Shown: piece by piece, positions 12,150 through 24,800 of the stretch
Layout of the letters: each line of letters opens with the position of its first letter
Numbering within the stretch: position 1 is the first letter of the stretch
NCBI RefSeq assembly: GCF_009914755.1
Contig: NC_060929.1
DNA: 64,000 nt
DNA from: the human T2T-CHM13v2.0 reference genome, Homo sapiens
Direction: 5' to 3' (one strand)
Translations under genes and position numbers: made by a program
Notes under the pieces: generated by a model
Seen by the model: only the letters and a program-made list of their open reading frames with translations
What the model was told of the DNA's origin: nothing
The model's database searches: none

Positions 12150-12650
12150 TAGGTTAGTAGATAAACAAACCGTGGTAGATCCAAACAATGGAATACTGGT
12201 AGCAATAAAAAGGAACAAATTGTTGATACATGCAACAACTCAGATGAATCTTAAAGGCATTATGCTTATGAAATAAGTCAGTCTCAAAAAATTGCATGCT
12301 ATATAAGAATACATTTAAAAGACATCCTAAAAAAAGAAAAAAAAAACTATAGTGACATAGGTCAATGGTTGCCAGGGGTTGGGAAAAGGGTTTGAATTTA
12401 TATTCCTAAATAAATTACAAATATATATTTGTATGAATTTACATTATGTTTTAGATTATGTTTTACAAATATGTATTTTTATGAATTTACATTCATAAAG
12501 AATGACATGAGAAATTTTTTCAAAGTGATAGAACTGTGCTCAATCCTGGTAGGGATTACACAAATCTGTACATGAAATAAAATCCATAGGATTTTATACC
12601 AAAAGGAAAAAAGTCACTTTCTGTGATAAATTTTAAAATAAAATTCATTT
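12150..12650 (+). mobile_element. L1ME-type 3' UTR fragment
   Basis: 'gataaacaaaccgtggt...caatggaatact...gcaataaaaaggaac...tgatacatgcaacaac...gatgaatctt...tggttgccagggg'. Confidence 0.75.
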
Positions 12651-12729
12651 ATGAAGAATATTCCTTTAAAGAAAATGTTTATTCACACATGCATCTATGG
12701 CGTAGGACATAGATGAGCATTTTCTGTAC

Positions 12730-12885
12730 AAGGAATAAGAAATTCTGAGTTCTTGACCCAATTCCTTTTAACTTTATGCCTAAACTTTGGCAAGTTGCTG
12801 CATTTCAGTCTTCAGTGTTCTAATCAATAAAATGAGAGTCACGAGCTAATTTAAAGAATGTCTGACCCAGCTTTAAAATTCTAAG
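12730..12885 (+). mobile_element. MIR3/MIRc fragment
   Basis: 'ctgagttcttg...actttggcaagttgc...cttcagtgttctaatcaataaaatgag...cccagctttaaaattcta'. Confidence 0.5.
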
Positions 12886-14021
12886 AGGCTGTAATCTTGC
12901 ACCATATGGAATTCCCCAAATTGTTTGTCTTAACTTTAGCGAAGACTAAAATTAGCTAATGGTGGCAGTTGGATTGGGCAGACATCAAATGAGGGTATTT
13001 CCTAATTAAAGATACTCTCAAAGGAGAAGTAAGGGCAAAAGTCTTTCCTACCAGAGAAATTTTTTTTAAAGGCAAACCTCAAGCTTAATAAACTTTCCTA
13101 GGCATTAAACCGCACATAGGACCCAGTAGAAAACTTATTCAAATTTTTAAATCACCTTTTCCCCTTCTTGCTCAAAATAAGAATTACAAATTAAAGGGAA
13201 AGGGAAACAAAATCACAACTCTTTCTGCCTGAAACTAAGATTTATCATTTTGGTTTTGCTACTGCATTTTAGAAAGGGTGATAAGAAAGACGGGACTTTT
13301 TTTTATGCTGCATAAAGAGATTTGAAGTTACTCAAATGAGTGTGTATTCAACCTGAAAGCAGTCTCATAGCTTCATATTGAAATTCCAGAACAGAAAACA
13401 TTGCTGTGTCAGTTACACTGGAATGTCCCTTAAAATTTTTATTTTCACTTCTAATTGAGAAATTCCTGTGGAATGGATGGAGGACAAAAAGTTCACCTTA
13501 CAAAGGACTTTAGAAAACCCTAACATACAAGTATCTTGCTGGCACCAGGAAAGAATTTCAAAGATGATTAAATAATGGGAAGTGTGGAAAATACAATCTC
13601 TTGAAAATATTGTTTTATTATTTAAAAATTTTGATGTCATAGATTTACTCCAAATTGTAAGTAAACACTGAATAGAGTATTAAATTTTATATATGGTGCT
13701 CTGATTCTCTCAACACTTAATATTTAAAAGCATTTGAGTATTTAAAAAGACCTCAACTAAATGTCACATGATCTTAATTTAATTTCACATTAAGTCACTG
13801 AATTGTAGTGTCATAAAAGCCTCTTCATGTGCTGTATTGGGTTAATTCAGTATACTGAATTTTTCTGCAATAAAAGTATCTTGTAATACACAATTTGAAT
13901 TTTACAGCAGAAATGAACCTTAGAAGCCATTGCTTCTTAAAGCTATTGTGTTTTAAAGTTGTAATCGAAATGCAAAGCATGTTTTGAACTAAGCAAAATA
14001 TGATTCCCTAAGCCATTATAT

Positions 14022-14520
14022 CTTAGAATCTCAGAGTTTAAAGACCTCAGCCATCATCAGGTACAACCTCTGAGCTGATACAGAAATCCCACTGTATTCC
14101 TTTTTCTGGAACACTTGCTCTACCAGGCTGCTCAGTGCTACCTACTCTGCACAAGATCAATGTGACATAACTCCAGTCACTTGACACTCCTTCAGATCAC
14201 TTAGACTAGATCTGTTTCCCAATGCTTGCATCCCAGGACTTGTCTCTGTCCTCAAGGATACCAAAGATGTTATCTTTCTTGTTCACGTTTGCCCTATGGC
14301 TATAAAAATAGCAATCATGTCTCCTCCTTGGTTTTCTCTTTTTCACATTAGACATCAACTTCCCCCTCAACTAGCCCTCATGTGACTTGATTTTTCAGCC
14401 TCTTTGCATCCTGCCTGCCCTCCTATAAAGAAATCACTTTAGGTTCCCAATGGCCTCTAAATACTGTGTACCTAGACCAGAATACAGTTACTCCAGTATT
14501 TTCAATTGGCCCAGAGTCCC
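14022..14520 (-). mobile_element. L3/CR1 LINE 3' fragment
   Basis: 'agaatctcagagtt...gacctcag...ttttctctttttcacattagacatc...cctcatgtgac...ccagaatacagttactccag' resembles the antisense CR1/L3 3' end. Confidence 0.55.
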
Positions 14521-14734
14521 TAGCTCAAAATGAACAATATACTACTATTGCTGTGGTATTGATGGTCCTGCTGTTATTTACCACAATATTTCTTAACATG
14601 AGATTTCTGTCAATTAGGAAATGTCCTTCTCTGTAAAATGTAACTGATACATGAGATCAGCAGAGGAGCTATTTCATCAGCTGAAAGCCCATATGATGAC
14701 CAGTATTCTAAAAAGCCAAGCAGGGAGTTGTCTA

Positions 14735-15021
<287 letters not shown>

Positions 15022-15697
15022 CAGGTTGGAAAGCTCCCCTCAGCACAATCTCCACCTTCAGGCTTCTCAAATGTTCAACGGAGCCTAAGATTCTTGTTCT
15101 GAATGTCCAGCCCCAGCCTCATGGTCCTCTGGAGAATAAAAAAAACTTTCTAACTCTGAGTGTTACTTGCCTCTAAAAAGCTACGGCTGGTAAAATAATT
15201 TATATTCCCTTCTTCTAGGAGTGGACAATTAGGTGTTGGGTATTATACTAACACCTAAATGTCGATTCCTGTCTTCTTCTATGTGAAGAGAGAGGTTTTT
15301 TTGTTGTTGTTTCTTTGTTTGCTTTTTGGTTTTGGCTGCTTTCTTGTTGACTTTGGAAACCACTTTCCCACCGGAAAATTTTGAAACAGGGGCCATGTAA
15401 AATCAATTTAATTCTGTCTCTGGTTTAGAAAGAACATGACCCTGTTCACTAATAATTAAGAAGAAAGTTTGGGGCGGGGGGGGGAACTAAAACTCAAATG
15501 CTAAAAATGGTTGAGTAAAATAAAATCTACAATATGTATATGTTTGGTCTAAAGAACAAGGGACAAACAGAAAGGGGGAAACATGAGAGAAAAGGATGAA
15601 ACAAAGAAGGAAAATTAAAAGGCAGAGATAGAAAAACTTCCCACACAGGACACACAGAAAGGAAAGGGAAAGAGGGAGAGAAAGAAAGGAGAGAGAG

Positions 15698-15854
15698 TGA
15701 TATGGTTTGGCTGTGTCCCCACCCAAATCTCATCTCGAATTGTAAGCCCCATAATCCCAGGTGTCAAAGGAGGGACTTAGCATTAAGCTATTGGATCATG
15801 GGGGTGGTTTCTCCTATACTGTTCTCGTGATACTGAGTGAGTTCTCATAAGGTC
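15698..15854 (+). mobile_element. THE1D/MSTA MaLR LTR, 5' part
   Basis: Canonical start 'tgatatggtttggctgtgtccccacccaaatctcatc'; breaks at 'gttctcataaggtc'. Confidence 0.9.
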
Positions 15855-15862
15855 TTTTTTTT

Positions 15863-16031
15863 AATGACATAAATTTATTTTTCCAGTTCTGGAGGGTGGA
15901 AGTCCAAGATCAAGGTGCTGGCAAGGTAGACTTCTCCTGAGGTCTCTATCCTCAACTTTCACGCAGCTACCTTCTTGCTGTGTCTTCATGTAGCCCTTTC
16001 TTTGGGTGTGTGCATACATGATTTCTCTTCC
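15863..16031 (-). mobile_element. MLT1A-like MaLR LTR fragment (probable L1 3' transduction cargo)
   Basis: 'aaatttatttttccagttctggagggtggaagtccaagatcaaggtgctggca...cttcttgctgtgtcttcatg' is antisense MLT1A, bounded by T-runs on both sides. Confidence 0.75.
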
Positions 16032-16313
16032 TTTTCTTTTTTTGAATTTTTATTTTTTATTCCAATAGGTTTTTGGGGAACGAGTGGTGTTTGATTACAT
16101 GGATGGGTTCTTTAGTGGTGATTTATGAGATTTGGGTGCACCACTCACCCAAGTAGTGTACACTGTACCAAATATATAGGCTTTTATCCCTCACCCTCCT
16201 CCCACCCTTTCCCCCGAGTCCCCAAAGTCCATTGTATTATTCTTATGCCTTTGCATCGTCATAGCTTAGCTCCTACTTATGAGTGAGAAAATATGATATT
16301 TGGTTTTCCATTT
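16032..16313 (-). mobile_element. L1PB 3' end with polyA tail
   Basis: T-rich tail then 'ttccaataggtttttggggaac...gttctttagtggtgattt...tcatagcttagctcc...tggttttccatt'. Highly similar to 55800-56053 in this window. Confidence 0.9.
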
Positions 16314-16521
16314 CAGTGTGGAGATTCTAAAAGAACTAAAAGTAGATCTACCATTTGATCCAGCAATCCCACTACTGGGTATCTACCCAGAGGGAAAAAA
16401 GGTCATTATACAAAAGACACCTGCACACACATGTTTATAGCAGCACAATTTGTAATTGCAAAATTATGGAATCATCCCAAATGCCCATCAATCAACAAGT
16501 AGATAAAGAAAATGTGATATA

Positions 16522-16813
16522 GCATGTTCTCACTTATAAGTGGGAGCTGAACAATGAGAACACATGGACACAGTGAGGGGAACAACACACACTGGAGCCT
16601 GTCAGAGTGGAGTAGGGAGAGCGTCAGGATAAATAGCTAATGCATGCAGGGCTTAATACCTAGGTGGTGGATTGATAGGTGCAGCAAACCACCATGGCAC
16701 ATGTTTACCTATGAAACAAACCTACACATCCTGCACATGTATCCCAGTACTTAAAAGTAAATTAGATTAAATTTAAAAAATACAAATTAAGAAAAAAAAT
16801 AAATAAAATAAAT
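16522..16813 (+). mobile_element. 5'-truncated L1PA (about PA8-PA13) 3' end
   Basis: 'gcatgttctcacttataagtgggagctgaacaatgagaacacatgg...gcagcaaaccaccatggcac...' plus A-rich tail; TSD aaaatgtgatata (16509-16521)/aaaatgtggtata (16814-16826). Confidence 0.9.
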
Positions 16814-16828
16814 AAAATGTGGTATATA

Positions 16829-16915
16829 TTAGGTTGGTGCACAACTAATTTCAGTTTTTGCTATTTTTTTTAAAAAGTAATTGCAGAAACTGCAATTCAT
16901 TTTGCACCAACCTAA
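16829..16915. mobile_element. MADE1 (Hsmar1-derived mariner MITE)
   Basis: TIRs ttaggttggtgca...tgcaccaacctaa with TA on both sides (16827-28, 16916-17). Confidence 0.92.
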
Positions 16916-17043
16916 TATATACCATGGGATACTACTCAGGCATAATAAGGAACAAATAATGGCATTTGCACCATGCCATTCTATCCATGCTGGATGGAAT
17001 TGGAGACCATTATTCTAAGTGAAGTAACTCAGGAATGAAGTAA

Positions 17044-17252
17044 CTGATGATTTTATAAATCGTAGTTTCCCCTGGGTTTTTCTCTCTTTCCTACCACCTT
17101 GCAAAGAAGGTACTTGCTTCTTCTTCACCTTCCGCCATGACTGTAAGTTTCCTGAGGCCTCCCCAGCCATGCAGAACTGTGAGTCAGTTAAACCACTTTT
17201 CTTTCTAAATTACCCAGTCTCAGGTAGTATCTTTATAGCAGTATGAAAATAG
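17044..17252 (+). mobile_element. THE1D/MSTA MaLR LTR, 3' part
   Basis: 'ctgatgattttataa...ccttccgccatgactgtaagtttcctgaggcctccccagccatgcagaactgtgagtca...aaattacccagtctcaggta' continues the LTR broken at 15854. Confidence 0.9.
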
Positions 17253-19975
17253 AGAGAGAGAAAGAGAGAAAGAGAAGGAAAGCGGTGAGAAGAGGCTGGG
17301 AGGGACAGCAGAAGGATATGGGATTCTAGCAGAGAAGCATTAATGTGATGTACTTTAGGTTCTCTCCACACCCATCCAAGAGCAAAGCTCTGATCTACAT
17401 TCCAAAGGTTCATGTTAGTGAGAATCAGACCTCCCAGCCAAGAGCCCTGCCCCTCCATCCCTGCCAGGAGAGAAGTGTTCATCCCAATGCTCAGCATTCC
17501 TCTCATTTGCTCACATACAGCATGAGAAATGCTGACATTTTAGCTTATACTTTAAGAAATTCTGGGTTTCATGAGATTTTCACTTTGTTAATATAATATA
17601 CCAAAAAAGCCTCCAGTTTTTAAAAGATAATAATTACAGTCATTATAAATGAAAGTCACATCTAGGATCCCATCTCCAATTCCTCATTTTACAATGGAGA
17701 AATTGAGGCTCAAAGCTGAGGTGACTTCCCCAGGGTTTCACAACCCAGCCAGCCATAAACTAGAACAAGGAAGGAGCAAAGTGTCAGTACCAACAACGTG
17801 AGAGCAAAGTCATTTTCTGAAAATGTACACCATTGAAACAGCCCAAGTCGTTGTCACCTTGAGTTTTCTCCACCATACATCTGCAGGCTTGGCTCTGTCA
17901 CATCACCACTTCCTGATGTGGGGATTGTTTTCCTTTCAAGAATAAATAAACAGTAAGAGCCAATAAACTCTAGAATGATGAATGCCCTCTTTTCTTAATA
18001 TTTTCTTCCCAGAAGATGGAATATGACACACAAGGAAAATTCTTTTCACCAGAATAATAAATATTTATCATTAAGATGCAAACAAGACATGAATGAAACT
18101 CTTGGGGTGATTTTACTTTCTGTCAGTGCAACATTTTCTGCAAGTCTGTGAGGCAGTCAGCCCAGAGTGGACAAACAAAGCTGACTGATTGATTCTGAAC
18201 ATGAGTTTGGCCACTAAGTAGCCCACGAGCGATGGGACTGCTGAGACATGGTGCTGTGTTATTTGTTCCACTCAAGCAAATTCCAGACATTAGCTTGCCT
18301 GCCCCAAACCCACCTACACAGTGACAAATTCAATTCCCACATCAACCAGAAATACCAGGACTCACTCGCTCCTGCATCTCAAAAGAGACTGTCCCCAATT
18401 TCTGGAGGGCCCCAGTGGAGAAAGAGTCCCACCGCAATAGAAGTCATTCCTGTGAGATGCTATAAGCTGCTCAGCATCACCCAGCCATGGCTCAAGATCT
18501 CACTCTACTCCCCAATGCAAGTATGATCATTTTTCCTTTTTTTTTTTTTGTATGCTTAAGCTCAACAACAAGAAATGTATGGTCTTTGTATCATTTCTAA
18601 TCCAAACGAACTCTTTTCATCCCTTACAAACACACCGAAAATCCTGTGATTCTAATCACAGAACTGGAAAAATCCAAGTCAAATGATTCTCATCTAACTG
18701 AATGGAGATGAATTGGTTATAAGCACTTATTGAACACCCACCACATACAGGACACCCTATGAGGGGCCTGCACTGGCCTGACGGAGAGAGTGAATGATCA
18801 TTACATCCTAACATAAAACTGCTGCAACCAAATTTTGCAGATGTTCATTCAGGTTAGTTAGCTGGGCTCTTGGCCTTTGTCTTGACTGCATTCTTGCCCT
18901 TTTGTGCCCATTGTTCCTATTAACACCTCTTTGAGAAGGTAATATGAAAGAATTTAAATTAAGCAAGACAGTTTAAAGAAGGTCTTTGTTAATATGAAAG
19001 TTGAAGATTATATCTGAATATCATTAACCCTTGCTATTTGAATCCTTTATTACTGCCGTTGGTTTGATTTGGTGGTAGCATAGGGGTTACAGAACATTGC
19101 CTGTGGCAGTGTAACAGCACTGCGCAGGTAAAGAGAGCATTACTCGTGCAGCTTCTAATCCATACTTTGGGTCTCAGTTTTTCTACTTAAAGAACAAGCA
19201 TTCATGTTTCTTTCTCCCAAGGATTATTTTATTATTCCTGAAGACTGTGTCTGCTAAGCATGTCAAAATTTCCCAACATTAGTTAGAAAACCTGCTGCCT
19301 CTTTTTGCCTTAACAATCCTTCACAAATCAGTAGCAAACACCTAGAGAAATTACCTTTATAATCTAGGATGCAAAAGCAAGGGAACATGGGTGCAGGTGG
19401 GGACCCCCCCCACAGCAGAGGCACAGGTACCTCTGGTCACCTCAGAAGTACAATTGCAATAGATTGACTTAGATGCCATCTTGCTAAAGGCAAGGAACAT
19501 ACTAGGTGGCATGTGATAAATTTTCTAGGCTTATAAACCTAATTCTTGATTTCATGCCTCCAAGAGATCTGAAATTAAAGAGAAGAAGTTGGGTCAGCAA
19601 AATTGAATTTCGTGGAAAGTACAGCTATAGGAGTGATGCACTTAATTTCCTTTACTGACCATTCTATTACAAAGAAAATGGATAATTGTGATTCAAGAAG
19701 CTGAGGGAAATAAAATGGAAAAAAGGTAGTCAACATCTTCTAATAAAGGTCAATATTAGAAATAACTTCAGCTAACCCTTTCCTTGACGTGATAATTCAA
19801 TATTTTACAGATAAATTCCCTGTAGTTATTTTGCCCGCTAAAATATATTAAGCTCCCTTCCATGCGCATCACACAGTGTTAAATACGGAAAGTCAAAAAC
19901 AAAGGACAGGGGAAAGAAATTGATCCCTGACTTAAAGCAACTGCATTTTTCCAATGACAAGTTTATATCAATTGG

Positions 19976-20152
19976 TTAGTGTTTCTCAAAGTGTCATCTA
20001 TGGATCCTCTGACCAGAGTCACCATAAGAGCTCTGCAGAAATACAGGGGCTGGGCCTTACCTAACACCTAGTCATTTAGAATCTCTGAGAGAAGGGCCTC
20101 TTTAGAGGGTTCCCTAGAGACTCTTAAGTACAGTAAAGTTTGAGATTGCTGC
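19976..20152. mobile_element. MER5-type hAT-Charlie MITE
   Basis: 'agtgtttctcaaagtgt...agaatctctg...taaagtttgagattgctg' termini. Confidence 0.6.
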
Positions 20153-20464
20153 CATAGGAACAATCACAAGTCTACATCATTCAGGAGATTTGAGTGCAGG
20201 CCTAGATGAGAGAATGACTAATTACCTTGGATTAAAATTCACTAAGAATCTGACTTTCCATTTCCTGTCTTATACTGAAGCTCACATTCCAACTGAATTC
20301 CTTTGGCTCTTACGGATGAAAAGAAATTGCTGTATATTCCTGAATTACCTTTACTAATAGTTCAGCCACACTCGAAGACCTGAATATAGTAGAAACTTGA
20401 ATAATTTGGACCTGCTAAAGGAGAGGTCACATAGCTTGGAAGCGGTCAGAATCAGCAGACATTT

Positions 20465-20708
20465 GGCCTGGCGCAGAGGCTCACACCAGTCTGGCCAATA
20501 TGGTGAAACCCCATCTCTACTAAAAATACAAAAAAATATTTAGCCGGGCATGGTAGTGCATGCCTGTAGTCCCAGATACTCAGGAGGCTGAGGCTGGAGA
20601 ATCACTTGAGCCCAGGAAGCGGAGGTTGCAGTAAGCCAAGATCGTGCCACTGCACTCCAGCCTGGGTGACAGAGCAAGACTCTGTCTCAAAAAAAAAAAA
20701 AAAAAAAA
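20465..20708 (+). mobile_element. Alu with internal left-arm deletion
   Basis: 'ggctcacaccagtctggcc' junction, intact right arm, polyA; 17-bp TSD agaatcagcagacattt (20448-20464)/agaatcagtggacattt (20709-20725). Confidence 0.95.
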
Positions 20709-21899
20709 AGAATCAGTGGACATTTGAGATTTTTTTTCCTGTGGCATAATAGTAATGTATTCTGGCTTACAAACCAATGCCGAATTTTAAATCTGAGCTT
20801 TTGGCCTTGATGTGGATTGATATGTACTGAAAAATGTTCCCACCACCTCACTTATCCCCTGGTCCGTCTTTATCAATTGTTATGAAATTTGTTCCCTCTG
20901 GTTTAACAAGAATTCCGGTTCCAAAACTGAATAACTTATGGCACAGAGAAAGAAATAATTTAAAGACACAAAATGCCAGCCACTGATTTCCTTAGCCCCT
21001 TTTCGTTTATTGATCATCATAACTGTGGGGGTAGATGTTATTAGTCCTATTTATATTTGAAGATAGGGGATCACATGGGTACAAAATGATAAAGCAGATG
21101 CAATGTCAGGATCTCCACCCCCAGACGAGGAAGCTGTCTTAATTGCACTAGGCAGCATCTTCTTTCAATGCAAATAGGCTGAAGAAAGCAACATGTTTGT
21201 TACACTAGGGAGTAAATGACATAAAGAAGAAGGAGAAGGAGAATAAAAGCAAAATATCAGGCAAGTAAGGAGTCTCTGGAGAGTGGAGGGAAAAGGGTGT
21301 CAGCAAGTGGAACAAGAATAAAGAAGGGAAAAATAGATGGGCACCCAAACCAAACTTCTTCCATTTGACAAATTTTGTGAAGACTTTTCTGACAGACAGA
21401 GGTCCCTCCATGCTGGTCTTAAAGATTTTTAAAAACTCACTTAGCAGCAGCAGCATATTGTAACGAATATGTCAAAGAATCCCATGTACTCATACCCAAT
21501 AAAATTGTTCCCTGTTAAAATAACATTCTTCCTTGCAATTTTGGTTTCACTATTGCTGAAACATGGTAAAAACTGTTTCTTGTAATACCAAACATTTTGC
21601 TCTGCTCTGTAGCTGACATGACACTTGTAGCTTCCACGGGTTGCTTGATGAATAAGTACAACACCAAACCATCAGATGGTAAAGGCTCTTCTCCACATCT
21701 CATGTCTCAGCTGCCACAACACAAACCCTTCAAAGGAGACACATTCCCAGTTTCATGCTCCAAGTGAGACAGATGCTCCCCAAAGCCACTACACCACCTC
21801 AGAACTAGAGAAAAGAAGTCCTCAGATTTCCTTTTGTTCCTGAGACCAGCACACTGAGGCTCTTTTACTTTCCCCTTGGCCACCATCCTGCTGAGAGCT

Positions 21900-24800
21900 G
21901 CAGGAGAGAATGTCTGTCTAGTGTCCCCATATCCCCCTGTCTGGCTATCAAATGTAAAGCCACCAGACCTGACATCCCTGTTGTCTATTAACCAGAAACC
22001 TGAGCTCCATCCCTAGTACTCTGTACATTTCCTACTCTGACCCACTTTCTTAATCATCCTGTACCTCCCAAACCCCTCCAGTGTTTCCTCTTGTCTGCCA
22101 TCAGCAAACACTCTTGTTATGAGTTGAACTGCATCCCTCTCTCCGTTCATATGTTGACATCGTAACCCTCAGTACTTTAGAGTGTGACCTTATTGAGAAA
22201 TAGGGCTGTTGCAGATGTAATTAGTTAGGATAAGGTCATACTGCAGTAGGATGGCCCTCTGATCCAATAGAACTAGTGTCCTTCTCAAACAGGCAAGTTT
22301 GGACAAAGACACACACACACATACACACAAAAACACCAAATGAAGATTGGAGTTATGCTGTGGCAAGCCAAGGAACTACCAGAAGTTAGGAGAAAGGCCT
22401 GGAACAGACCTCTCGCTAGTACCTCAGGGAAGCACAGCCCTGCTGGCATCTTGACTTTGGACTTTTGGCCTTCAGAACTGGAAGACAATAAATTTCTGTT
22501 GTTTTAAGCCACCCAGTTTGTAATACTTTGTTATACCTCCCCGGAAAAAGAATACAACCCATCTTTGAGCACTCCCTTCACCTGGCTCCCCACTAGTGGC
22601 ACAGCTTCTCTTGCAGTCTTACTGAGGGAAGATTTCTTCTCCTTCCCCTTGGTACCTCAAAGCCTGGAGTTAGATCCCATTGCTCCTTCTAAACCATTTC
22701 TTCTCCCTGTGCTCAAAAGCCCAGATCCTTTGAAGTTTAAGCCATCATACTCTTTCTACTTGCTACTGGCATCTACAAAACTTGGTCACTCTTCATCACT
22801 TATTGATGACTTTGTCACCTGTTCTATAACTTCCTTTCTACCCCCACTCCTGGCAAAACGTTTAATGACATCAACTCTCTGGTGTCTTGGTTCCTCTACA
22901 TTCTCATGTCCAAAAGTTGTTTCTTCCATTCCAGTTCAATCTCCTATTCCTTGTTGTCATCACCATTAACTGTACTAACTTCAGAATCTCAGCCTCCAGC
23001 TTCCCCCTCTCTGAACACCACGTTCTAATCTTTGAGCTCATTTACTCGGTACATAATCTCTCAAAATTCTCCACTTTCAGTTATGGAGACTTCCAATCAA
23101 CTGAAAGGTAACTGACACCAAACATTTCCTCTTGAACACTTTTCTTATGTCTTATCTTCTTACCTAGTTTGAAGTCCACTCATCCTTAATTAGAATTACT
23201 TCCTTGGAAACACCTTTCACTCTCTCTCCATTTTTGTACCAGCACATCTACTTGGCAATGCTCCAACCCAGGTAGTACCCACCAATCTACCTATTCTGGG
23301 TTTCTACCTAAGAAATTAAACTTGCTGGACTAAAATATACAACTATGCCTTCAGATTTCCCTTTAAAGTCATGACTACGAAAGTATATTTACCAGCTGTC
23401 ATCACTTCACACTTCTAGTAATAACCTCTCATTCCCTGAAAAGTTATAACACTGGATTGTCTTTCTTTCCATCGCTTTTCCTATGAGGTATTGGTGATTG
23501 TAATATTCAAATAACTAATCCATTTAATAGTATAGCATGTCAGTTTCTTGATTATCTCATTTTTGTTGACTTTGTCTTCATCTCTACCTCCAGTACCCAC
23601 GTAAGTGACTATATCCTAGATCTTATTATTGATTGAGATCTGCAATCTCAATTTGAAGCCATTCTCTAATCTCTAACTTCCAATCTTCCCAGGTCATGTT
23701 CTCCCACATACTTACTCCAAAACTCTTTGGGCCCTACTGGGATATTCAGTCTATTAATCCTACCACCTACTTTTCTCCAATCCCTCCTTTTCTTCTTACC
23801 AAATGTAGATTCCAGGATCCATCATTTAACCACTCCTTCTACAGATCCTCAACTAGCTTGCTTCCTTTGTACCTGTCTGACAAAACGCCAACCTGCTAAA
23901 ACCTAAATCTCTCCCTATATCTGCAGCTGAGCAGCCAAATGTGGCTAGACAAAAACACAACCATGCTGACTCTTCTTTCAAATATGACCTCAAGCTTCAA
24001 AAACGTTAATATTGCCCAGCAATTCTCTATATTCTTCTGGCTTTTCCACTCTTCAGACACCTCTTTTACATCTTTTTTTTTTTCCTGTCCCTAAACCTCT
24101 GCATTGGCTCTATTCTTACTCTCAGCTGAAATATTTGCCTCTTATTTTCCTAATCCAATCGAAGTATTTAGGAGATAATTCCCATATCCTACCTACTATA
24201 AGTTTATCAAACTACCTACATCTGTACCTTGTCTCCTGTTGCAATGGATGAACTGTCCCTGCTCCTATCTAAAGCCAACCCCTCCTTTTATTATCTAGAT
24301 TCCATCCCATTATCTTCACTCAGACTTTGCTCCTACAATTATCCCCTCTCTTAATTGCAACACAAGTTTTCACATTGATATACAAATTGCTCCCATATTT
24401 AAAATACCCTGCTTGATTTCTTTCTAGCACCTGGCCCATTTTTCTATTCTTCTTTGTAGCAAAACTCCTCAGAGAGGATGCCTGTGATAGCTGGGTTCCT
24501 ATTCTCAACACTTCTAGTCAGGATATTGATTCAAGATTTCACTAAGCTCACTCACATCATCAGCTCCAGTCATCAATGGTTGGTCCCCACACTTTTCCAA
24601 CCCTCAGCAGTACTGAGTAGAGTTAATCATATCCTTAAAACATTTTTTCCCTTGGTTCCGAGGGCGTTGCACCTTATTGTTTTACAGCCTACGTTGCAGG
24701 CTGCTCCCTTTCCAATCTCTTTGCAGGATGCTCCTTCTCTTCTTAACACAAAGTTGTGTTAAGATTAGGGCAGCTATTCCCCAGGTGCCCTAATCTAGTC

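Larger units (their letters stand above)
16314..17037 (+). mobile_element. Inverted 5' segment of the same L1PB, interrupted by L1PA and MADE1
   Basis: 'cagtgtggagattc...gatccagcaatcccactactgggtatctaccc...' to '...ccattattctaagtgaagtaactcaggaatg'. It ends where the minus-strand piece begins in consensus coordinates. Confidence 0.85.

Noticed and set aside
15560-15697. Polypurine (GA-rich) tract, continuing at 17250-17310, as a structured element
   Set aside because: Ordinary low-complexity tract split by the LTR insertion; no clean mirror symmetry seen.
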